The position numbers were made by a program, and so were the translations under genes. DNA of 64,000 bases from an uncultured Hyphomicrobiales bacterium (GTDB lineage Bacteria > Pseudomonadota > Alphaproteobacteria > Rhizobiales > Xanthobacteraceae): contig CAIRGJ010000013.1 in the NCBI GenBank assembly GCA_903878085.1, positions 17,456-81,455 on the forward strand. The letters are read 5' to 3'. The notes beneath the pieces were generated by a model. That model did not search any database. It saw only the letters and a list, made by a program, of their open reading frames with translations, and had not been told where the DNA came from. Shown in pieces: positions 56,553 through 64,000 of this stretch; the first letter of the stretch is position 1; each line of letters begins with the position of its first letter.

Positions 56553-58235
56553 GTGCAACGCCTTTTTGCCTTACGCCAGACCGCGCTCCTTTGCGCGATC
56601 GCCGCCGCTTGCGTAATGCTCGGCGGCGCTGCGGCGCATGCGCAGATCGCGGCGCCCGATCCGCTGACGCCGAAGCTGCAGACCGATCCGCGCAATCCGC
56701 CGCGCTTCCAGCAATTCACCAGGCCGCAACAAGCGCCGCTCGCGCCGCTGCCGACTTTCACGCGGGCCCCATCGGGCGCCGGCGACACCGGTTTCGATTC
56801 GACCAACAGCCGGAAGGTCAACGCGAAGAAGCCCAAGCCGAAACCCAAGACCGGCACCGATGCGCAGGTGGCCGCGGCCAAATTGCCTGCACCGCTGGTG
56901 ATCTCGCCCTATCAGAAGCCCGCCAGCCCAGCCGCTAACGCTGCTTTCGCCTCGGCCCCCGGCGAGCCCGCGGTGCCGGAGATCGGACCGATCCGCAAAA
57001 AGCCGACCCGGCGCAAAGCGCATACCGAGCCGGACGATCCTTACGCCGCACTCGGCGTGCGCGCCGGCGGCTTCACGCTGCTTCCGGCGGTCGAACTGAT
57101 CGGCGGCTACGACACCAACCCGGCGCACGCGACCGGCGGCAAAGGCGCCAAGCTTTACACCGTCGCGCCGGAATTGCTGGCGCAGTCGAACTGGTCGCGG
57201 CACGAGATCAAGGCGGAACTCCGCGGCAGCTACGCCGGTTACAATCCGGACGCGACGCCGACGCTGAGCCGGCCGAACGTCAACGCCAAAGTCGATGGCC
57301 GCGTTGACGTGACGCGAGACACCCGCGTCGATCTCGGCAGCCGTTTGCGGGTCGGCACCGACAATCCCGGCAGTCCTAACCTGGAAGCCGATCTCGCCAA
57401 GCTGCCGATCTTCACCACCGTCGGCGGCAATGCCGGCCTCGGCCATCGCTTCAACCGCTTCGATGTCTCGATCAAGGGCGATGCCGAGCGCACCGCCTAT
57501 CAGGACTCGTCGTTCACCGACGGCACCAGCGCCAGCAACAAAGACCGCAACTACAATCAATACAGCGGTGCGTTGCGCGGCGGCTACGAACTCACGCCCG
57601 GCGTCACGCCCTTCGTCGAAGTCGGCGCCGATACGCGCGTGCACGATCTCAATGCCGACATTTCCGGCTATCAGCGCGATTCAAAAGGCGTGACCGGCAA
57701 ACTCGGTTCGACCTTCGAGCTGTCGCGGTTGCTCGCCGGCGAAGTCGCGCTCGGCTACACACGGCGAAATTACGAAGACCCGCGGCTGTCGCAGCTTTCC
57801 GGATTGATCGGCAATGCGTCGCTGGTCTGGACGGTCAATGCGCTGACCACCGCCAAGCTCACCGCCAGTTCGACGGTCGGCGAATCCACCATTGCCGGCG
57901 TTTCGGGTGTGCTGTACCGCGACGCCGGTTTGCAGGTCGATCACTCGTTCCGGCGCTGGCTGATCGGCAGCGTGAAATTGGGCATCGGCCTCGACACCTA
58001 CAAAGGCGCCGACGTCGTCTTCGGCATCGATCCGATTTGCGGCTGCGTGGTCACGACGCCGGGCGGCGGCGACCGTCAGGACAAACGCTACTCGTTCGGG
58101 CTGGGCCTGACCTACAAGCTCAACCGCACGGTGCAGGTCAAAGGCGAATTCCGCCAGGAATGGCTGCGCTCCAACGTCGCCAACACCGACTACAGCGCCA
58201 GCATCTTCCTGCTCGGCCTGCGGGTGCAGCAGTAA
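56553..58235 (+). CDS. Outer-membrane beta-barrel protein (polysaccharide-export-associated type)
   Basis: Signal peptide, Pro/Lys-rich periplasmic extension, PYAALGVRAGGF start, alternating beta-strand pattern to the C-terminus. Confidence 0.78.
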   Translation: MQRLFALRQTALLCAIAAACVMLGGAAAHAQIAAPDPLTPKLQTDPRNPPRFQQFTRPQQAPLAPLPTFTRAPSGAGDTGFDSTNSRKVNAKKPKPKPKTGTDAQVAAAKLPAPLVISPYQKPASPAANAAFASAPGEPAVPEIGPIRKKPTRRKAHTEPDDPYAALGVRAGGFTLLPAVELIGGYDTNPAHATGGKGAKLYTVAPELLAQSNWSRHEIKAELRGSYAGYNPDATPTLSRPNVNAKVDGRVDVTRDTRVDLGSRLRVGTDNPGSPNLEADLAKLPIFTTVGGNAGLGHRFNRFDVSIKGDAERTAYQDSSFTDGTSASNKDRNYNQYSGALRGGYELTPGVTPFVEVGADTRVHDLNADISGYQRDSKGVTGKLGSTFELSRLLAGEVALGYTRRNYEDPRLSQLSGLIGNASLVWTVNALTTAKLTASSTVGESTIAGVSGVLYRDAGLQVDHSFRRWLIGSVKLGIGLDTYKGADVVFGIDPICGCVVTTPGGGDRQDKRYSFGLGLTYKLNRTVQVKGEFRQEWLRSNVANTDYSASIFLLGLRVQQ

Positions 58236-58386
58236 GAGAACTTGCGGCCCTCGATAAACTTTTCGCCACGATGGCAGCGCGGTCGGTGAGGGCGCGGACT
58301 CGTACGCGGGCGGCCAAATCCGACGCGGATACGCCACCCCATGTTCGTCATCGGCCGGAAAGCAGGCGTGGCGTGAGCGTTTCGTG

Positions 58387-58420
58387 ATGTCCGCTTACGA
58401 CCACCCTCCATAGAGGACAT
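58387..58420. repeat. ATGTCCGCT-N16-AGAGGACAT palindrome
   Basis: Marks the left edge of the A/T-rich stretch. Confidence 0.55.
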
Positions 58421-58570
58421 TTACGAGATTGATTGGACTTCTGCGCGACCGGCCGCACCTTAAATCTCGGCTTCCTGGCAATCGAGAAAATTGCTACCAT
58501 TCACCCTAGAACAGGGTTCATCTGGGGAAACCAGTTTAATCGTGGTAAAAGGCTCAAAAAGGCTCGGACC

Positions 58571-59035
58571 ATGACATCGTCTAACGACCATACGGTCATA
58601 TTGGGTGGTGGCATCGGACCTCTGGCAACACCTCCCGACCACGCTGCCCCATTGGCAATCGCTAATGCCCCCCCAGCAAATCCCCCCGATGTTCCCACCG
58701 ACCAGCCCATCCCATTGGTCGGCGCTACGGGGCCCTCAGGGAATGCCAGCGCTTCGCCGCCGGGCCAGGCGGCGGGGAGCAATTCCCATATTAGTAGCGA
58801 CCAGTTCGTCTATGATTTTTTTAACACACCGACGGTTTCGCCGAACGCAGCTGTCGTGGTGGATGGGGCGACACAAGGGGCGCTGCAAGACATTATGTCG
58901 GCCGCTGATCAGCTGAATCACACATTATTGCAGGTCAGCACCACGCCGCATGATCCCGCCGTCAACGTTCTTGACGGGACCGACTGGACGCACCTTCACG
59001 CTAATCTGCCCTACAGCGATTTCGATTTGATGTGA
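58571..59035 (+). CDS. Orphan Pro/Ala-rich hypothetical protein in an A/T-rich insert
   Basis: 154-aa ORF with atypical codons; ends ..HLHANLPYSDFDLM. Confidence 0.55.
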   Translation: MTSSNDHTVILGGGIGPLATPPDHAAPLAIANAPPANPPDVPTDQPIPLVGATGPSGNASASPPGQAAGSNSHISSDQFVYDFFNTPTVSPNAAVVVDGATQGALQDIMSAADQLNHTLLQVSTTPHDPAVNVLDGTDWTHLHANLPYSDFDLM

Positions 59036-59443
59036 TTAGCAAACGAGGCGCTGTTGCCTGGATTAGCGATGCTGAAAAACAAACGTTTCACAAAGAGACC
59101 ATGAATCAGAACAGGCCGATCGAATTTCCGTATACGAGCGATAGGTTCTAATTCATGCGCATAATCCATTTATTTGACAGTTCATACTAGACTTAGGGGA
59201 GCAGGAAGCAGCCCGCATCCTGGCTCACCTGCGCTTCCCTCCTTGAAGATGCATCTCTCGGCAGTGGCGCTGGTCTTTTCCAATCAGGGAGAGCCATTCT
59301 AGTTCTGAGCGTTCCTGCCGTTGGTTGCTTTTGAGCGCATGACCATCGAGCGTCTCACGCTGGTGCTGGTGCTGGTGATGGTGATGGCTGAGGACACAGT
59401 TCTACGATGAACTGAAAAGTCTTATCCAAAAGTTCTAACGTGA

Positions 59444-59515
59444 ATGTCTGCTGATGGCTGCCCTAAGCGGACATGTCCACCGGGCAGACGAACGACAGCT
59501 TTTGGGGAAAAGCTG
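59444..59515. repeat. ATGTCTGCT-N13-AGCGGACAT and CAGCTTTT-GGGG-AAAAGCTG palindromes
   Basis: Mark the right edge of the A/T-rich stretch. Confidence 0.6.
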
Positions 59516-59552
59516 ACTTCGCCACAGCGATGCGCCCCGGAACGACGAGAGT

Positions 59553-60434
59553 TTATTTCCCGGCCAACATTCGCGTCAGCTCGCTGCGCAGCTCCGGTGC
59601 GATGTCGGGCCGTTCCAGGCCATAGGCGATATTGGCGGTGAGAAATCCAATCTTGGAACCGCAGTCGAAGCTGCGGCCTTCGAATTCCAAGCCATAAAAC
59701 GGCTGTGTCTTTGCGAGCGCCACCATGGCGTCGGTCAATTGGATTTCGCCGCCGGCGCCGGCGGCCTGTTTTTCCAGCAACCCGAAGATCTCCGGCTGCA
59801 AGATGTAGCGGCCGGTGATGCTGAGCTTGGACGGCGCATCCGCCGCCTTCGGCTTCTCGACCATCTTAGTGATCGAGAAGGCTTTGCCCTTGGGCTCGCC
59901 GACGCCGACGATGCCATACATGTGGACGCGCTCGACCGGCACTTCCTCGACCGCGATAATATTGGCGTTGCTGTCGAGGTTCGCGGCGGCGTCGATCATC
60001 TGCGCCAGACAGCCGCGCGGATGCTGCACCAGCACGTCGGGCAACAGCAACGCGAAAGGCTCGTGGCCGACCAGTTCGCGCGCGCACCAGACCGCGTGGC
60101 CAAGACCGAGCGGCGACTGCTGGCGGGTAAAGCTGGTGGTGCCGGGACCGGGCAGGTCCTGCGACAACAAGGCCAGGTCGGCGGTCTTGCCGCGCTCGAC
60201 CAGGGTCGCTTCAAGTTCGAACTGGCGGTCGAAATGGTCCTCGATCACGCTTTTGCTGCGGCCGGTGACGAAGATGAAATGCTCGATGCCGGCCTGGCGC
60301 GCTTCGTCCACCACATGCTGAATCAGCGGCCGGTCGACCACCGGCAGCATTTCCTTCGGCACCGCCTTGGTCGCCGGCAGGAACCGGGTACCGAGACCGG
60401 CAACAGGGAAAATGGCTTTGCGGATGCGGGTCAT
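59553..60434 (-). CDS. galU: UTP-glucose-1-phosphate uridylyltransferase
   Basis: KAIFPVAGLGTRFLPATKAVPKEMLP, GLGHAV, VEKP, EIQLTD. Confidence 0.96.
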   Translation of the reverse strand: MTRIRKAIFPVAGLGTRFLPATKAVPKEMLPVVDRPLIQHVVDEARQAGIEHFIFVTGRSKSVIEDHFDRQFELEATLVERGKTADLALLSQDLPGPGTTSFTRQQSPLGLGHAVWCARELVGHEPFALLLPDVLVQHPRGCLAQMIDAAANLDSNANIIAVEEVPVERVHMYGIVGVGEPKGKAFSITKMVEKPKAADAPSKLSITGRYILQPEIFGLLEKQAAGAGGEIQLTDAMVALAKTQPFYGLEFEGRSFDCGSKIGFLTANIAYGLERPDIAPELRSELTRMLAGK

Positions 60435-60580
60435 GCGGGCCTCAGAGTGGGGTAGGCTATCGGCGGGAATCATGCGCCGGCAGGTGGGTAAATAAGGCTA
60501 GACTATTAACGTCGTCGAAACGAGTTCGCGCCACCCATAAGGGCTCCCAAGGCGAAATTAAGGAAGCGGACCGGCCGGAG

Positions 60581-61909
60581 ATGCGAAAGACGCGATCCAC
60601 AATCATCGCCGCGCTAATGGCGGCCGTCTTTATCGGTGGCGCCGCGGCGCAGGACCGCGACGACCGCTACGTCACCGGCACTATTTCGCCGCCCGCCGCT
60701 ACGCCCGGTGGCGCGCCCGAATGGTCGGGCGAATCCGGCGCCTCCGGCCATCCGCTGATGACCGCGCCGGCGATCCGCGCCGCGGCGGCAAGCTTCCAGA
60801 TTTGTCTCGAGCGCATGTGGCCGGCGGCAGGCCGTCGCGGCGTCTCGCGCGAGACCTATCAAAACGCCACCGCGTCGTTGACGCCGGATCTGCGGATCAT
60901 GGATCTGCTCGATAACCAGCCCGAGTTCACCAAGTCGTTTTGGGACTATCTCGATGTCCTGGTCACCGATGCGCGCATCGCCAAGGGCCGTGAGCTGCTG
61001 CAAAAATATCGCGCGACCTTCGATGCGGTCGAGCAGGCCTACGGCGTCGACCGCAATATCGTGACGGCGATCTGGGGCGTCGAAACCAATTACGGCGCCA
61101 TCGGCGGCGATCGCCCGGTGATCCGTTCGACCGCGACGCTGGCCTGCATTGGCCGGCGGCAGAATTACTTTCGTGAGGAATTCCTCTCGGCGCTCGAGAT
61201 TCTTCAACACAACGACGTCCGCCCCGATCGCCTGGTCGGCTCCTGGGCCGGCGCGTTCGGGCCGACGCAATTCATGCCGACGGCTTTCAAGCGGTACGCA
61301 GTCGATTTCGATCACGACGGCCGGCGCGACGTCGTCGATTCGGTGCCCGACCTGATCGCCTCGACCGCCAACAATCTGTGCAAGGACGGCTGGGTCAACG
61401 GGCAGACCTGGGGCTACGAAGTCGTCATCCCGGCGACGTTGAATTTTGCGCTGGCCGACCGCCGCCAGGCCATGTCGCTGCGCGAATGGGAACGCTATGG
61501 CGTCATCCGGCCCGGCGGCAAAGCATTCGCGCGGCTCGACGAACTGGCTTACCTGCTGGTGCCGGCCGGCATCCAGGGTCCCGGCTTTCTGATGCTGGCG
61601 AACTTCAACGCCATCATGAAATATAATCCGGCCGAGGCTTACGCGCTGGCAATCGGCCATCTGGCCGACCGGCTGCGCGGCGGCGAGCGATTCGCGCAGG
61701 ACTGGCCGCGCTACGAGCGCGTGCTGACGCGCGACGAGCGGCTCGAATTGCAGCAACTGCTGTCGCGGCACGGCTACGACGTCGGCGAGCCGGACGGCCA
61801 TCTCGGCTCCAAGACCCGATCCGCGATCCGCGATTTCCAGTCGAAGATCGGCCAGGTTCCCGACGGCTTTGCCTCCGCGGTGGTGCTCGACCGGCTGCGG
61901 GCGCGTTAG
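60581..61909 (+). CDS. Lytic murein transglycosylase (MltB/SLT_2 plus PG-binding domain)
   Basis: AIWGVETNYG, GSWAGAFGPTQFMPT, C-terminal DGHLGSKTRSAIRDFQ. Confidence 0.92.
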   Translation: MRKTRSTIIAALMAAVFIGGAAAQDRDDRYVTGTISPPAATPGGAPEWSGESGASGHPLMTAPAIRAAAASFQICLERMWPAAGRRGVSRETYQNATASLTPDLRIMDLLDNQPEFTKSFWDYLDVLVTDARIAKGRELLQKYRATFDAVEQAYGVDRNIVTAIWGVETNYGAIGGDRPVIRSTATLACIGRRQNYFREEFLSALEILQHNDVRPDRLVGSWAGAFGPTQFMPTAFKRYAVDFDHDGRRDVVDSVPDLIASTANNLCKDGWVNGQTWGYEVVIPATLNFALADRRQAMSLREWERYGVIRPGGKAFARLDELAYLLVPAGIQGPGFLMLANFNAIMKYNPAEAYALAIGHLADRLRGGERFAQDWPRYERVLTRDERLELQQLLSRHGYDVGEPDGHLGSKTRSAIRDFQSKIGQVPDGFASAVVLDRLRAR

Positions 61910-62036
61910 CGCCGGTTAACGCTAAAGGCGACCTTCGAGTTGACATTTTTGGTGTGCTATTAGCCCATGCGGGGTGACGTTAGCCCGCTTTTCGGGGGAC
62001 ATTTCCCCCTATAGATTAAGGCGTTGGGCAATTAAC

Positions 62037-63707
62037 ATGGTTGGCAAGAGGCGCATGGCGCGGTGGTTTTTCGGGGCGGTCATTCTGGTCGTGACCGAGT
62101 GCGCCGCCGTGCTCGCCGTCAGCCTGCCGCTGACCGACACCGCCCAGGCGCAATTCTTCAGGGACGACCGCGCGCGGGCGCGGCCGCAACGCTCGGGCGG
62201 ATTCTTCGACGGCCTGTTTGGCCCGTCGACGCGCCAGCCGACTTTCGAGGGCGAACCGTCTTCTCAAGGCGGTGGTGGCGGCAGCGATAATTCACGTGCG
62301 CCAAGCGCGCGCAAAGCCGACAAAGGCGAAGCCGCGCCGACCACGTCGATCGTGGTGATGGGCGACGGCATGGCCGATTGGCTGGCCTACGGTCTGGAAG
62401 ACGCATTCGGCGACGCGCCCGAGATCGGCATCGTCCGCAAAAACAGACAGCGCTCCGGCCTGCTGCGCTATGACGCCAAGGGCGATCTCGATTGGTGGCA
62501 TGTCGCGCGCGACATCCTCGCGCAGGAGAAGCCGAATTACGTCATCATGATGCTTGGCGTCGGCGATCGCGAGAACATCCGCGAGCGCGACATCGCCAAG
62601 GAAGCAGCCAAAAAGGATGCCGAGAAAAAGGACGCTGAGAAGAAGAAGGCCGCGGAGCAGGCGGACAAGGACAAGCCTCAGGCGGACAAGACTGCCGAAA
62701 AGACCGAGGCCGACAAGGCCGCGCCGGCCAAAGAAGCGACAAAAGAAGCTGCCGCCGACAAGGAATCCGACGAGCCGGATTCTTCGATCATCGCGCCCGA
62801 GCCGCAATCGGGCCGCCGGGCGAACGGCACCATCGAATTCCGGACCGAGAAGTGGGCGGAGATCTATTCTCGCCGCATCGACGACACCATCGCCGCCCTC
62901 AAGAGCAAGGGCGTGCCGGTGTTCTGGGTCGGTCTACCGGCGATCAAGGGCCCGAAGTCGACCGCCGATGCCGTCTATCTCAACGATCTCTATCGCAGCC
63001 GCGCCGAGAAGGCCGGTGCGATCTACATCGACGTGTGGGACGGCTTCGTCGACGAGGGCGGCAAGTTCACCACCAACGGTCCCGACTATGAAGGCCAGGT
63101 GCGCCGCTTGCGTTCGGCTGACGGCGTCTATTTCACGAAATACGGCGCGCGCAAGCTCGCGCATTACGTCGAACGCGAATTGCGCCGCACCATGAACAAC
63201 CGCTCGCTGGTTTCGCTGCCGTCCGGCCCGGTCGGCCCGGTGCCGGCCGACGGGAAATCCGCGGTGCGGCCGCTGGCCGGCCCGGTCGTGCCGCTCACCG
63301 TGACGCCTGGAAATTCCGACGAACTGCTCGGCGGCGCGGGCAATGCCTCGGCGCGCGGCGATGCCATCGCCACCCAGGTTCTGGTCAAGGGCGAGGCGGT
63401 GGTGCCGCCGTCCGGCCGCGCCGACGATTTCTCGTGGCGCCAGAGCGGTGAGACCGCCCCACCGCGGGCTCCCGCGGTATCGAGCGCCGCGCCGGCGTCG
63501 GCGCCGGCCGCGAGCGCCTATACCGAGCCTGCTGTGGAAACAAAGAAGCCTGCCGATACGAAAAGCGGGACCGCGGGAAAGACCACGCAGTCTGGCGCTT
63601 CCAAGACCAAGCGGAATGAGGATGCCAGACCGAAGCCCGCGCAGACCAACGTGCCGCGTCCGCCGGAGACGATCCAGCGGCCTGGCCCGTTCGGCTGGTT
63701 GCGGTAA
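62037..63707 (+). CDS. DUF459/SGNH-hydrolase-like exported protein
   Basis: VMGDGMA, MLGVGD, RSADGVYFT; catalytic Ser and His positions appear substituted; K/E/A-rich insert. Confidence 0.75.
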   Translation: MVGKRRMARWFFGAVILVVTECAAVLAVSLPLTDTAQAQFFRDDRARARPQRSGGFFDGLFGPSTRQPTFEGEPSSQGGGGGSDNSRAPSARKADKGEAAPTTSIVVMGDGMADWLAYGLEDAFGDAPEIGIVRKNRQRSGLLRYDAKGDLDWWHVARDILAQEKPNYVIMMLGVGDRENIRERDIAKEAAKKDAEKKDAEKKKAAEQADKDKPQADKTAEKTEADKAAPAKEATKEAAADKESDEPDSSIIAPEPQSGRRANGTIEFRTEKWAEIYSRRIDDTIAALKSKGVPVFWVGLPAIKGPKSTADAVYLNDLYRSRAEKAGAIYIDVWDGFVDEGGKFTTNGPDYEGQVRRLRSADGVYFTKYGARKLAHYVERELRRTMNNRSLVSLPSGPVGPVPADGKSAVRPLAGPVVPLTVTPGNSDELLGGAGNASARGDAIATQVLVKGEAVVPPSGRADDFSWRQSGETAPPRAPAVSSAAPASAPAASAYTEPAVETKKPADTKSGTAGKTTQSGASKTKRNEDARPKPAQTNVPRPPETIQRPGPFGWLR

Positions 63708-63719
63708 GAAGCTGTCGCG

Positions 63720-64000
63720 TTAGCGCGGCAGGTTGGTCGTTCCCATCAGGAACTTGTCGACCGCGTGCGCGCACTGGCGGCCTTCACGGATCGCCCACAC
63801 CACCAACGATTGGCCGCGCCTCATGTCGCCGGCGGCGAATACTTTCGGCACCGAGGTGAGATAAGCATTGGTGTCGGCGCTGACATTGCCACGCTGGTCG
63901 AGCGCCACATTGAGCGACTTGATAAGCCCATCGTGCAGCGGATGCACGAAGCCCATCGCCAGCAGCACCAGATCGGCCTCGATCTCGAATTCCGTACCGG
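63720..64000 (-). CDS. gltD: Glutamate synthase small subunit, 3' end (partial)
   Basis: [28 protein letters not shown]. Confidence 0.93.
   Translation of the reverse strand, partial: GTEFEIEADLVLLAMGFVHPLHDGLIKSLNVALDQRGNVSADTNAYLTSVPKVFAAGDMRRGQSLVVWAIREGRQCAHAVDKFLMGTTNLPR

Noticed and set aside
59350-59390. CTGGTG hexamer repeat
   Set aside because: Short (about 5 degenerate units), in no supported ORF, no evident function
1-64000. Numerous long antisense and alternate-frame ORFs in the track (e.g. 16126-17388, 33174-34655, 43706-45301, 46800-48683)
   Set aside because: Shadow ORFs of GC-rich genes with strong codon bias; they overlap well-supported genes and lack motifs
1-64000. tRNA, rRNA, tmRNA or cobalamin/TPP riboswitches
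   Set aside because: No cloverleaf or conserved signature recognised by eye; an Infernal or tRNAscan run is needed to exclude them formally

Overview
GC-rich alphaproteobacterial chromosome segment, inferred Hyphomicrobiales (Xanthobacteraceae/Nitrobacteraceae-like) from gene content and repeat families. Most of it is core or metabolic: a Zn-type ABC importer and a ZevAB-like pair, each with a Zur-like box; a COG0523 GTPase with a WD40 partner; an ornithine decarboxylase-GNAT-homospermidine synthase operon behind a speF-type leader; a P1B-5-type ATPase; Dcp; GGT; a Co-type nitrile hydratase operon; TRAP and ABC transporters; a Pcm-erythromycin-esterase fusion; IOR; an acyl-CoA ligase/Liv-type ABC/PaaK-like operon; hemH; an OM beta-barrel; galU; a lytic transglycosylase; and the end of gltD. 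I saw no rRNA, tRNA, CRISPR array, transposase or integrase. The most unusual structure is at 6.3-10.5 kb. A paralog of the hypothetical gene at 5054-5362 is split exactly at codon 20, with a 3-4 bp duplication, by a ~4.1 kb segment that has no recombinase. The segment ends in a GTAG-type REP and carries decayed genes plus an intact REP-flanked toxin-antitoxin module. Also notable: FixK/FNR-type boxes positioned for leaderless transcription of the P1B-5 ATPase and the Pcm-Ere fusion; AT-rich orphan ORFs bracketed by TGTCCGCT..AGCGGACA-type palindromes; and several MITE/REP families that interact with coding sequences. All functional calls come from motif recognition by eye. No database searches were run.
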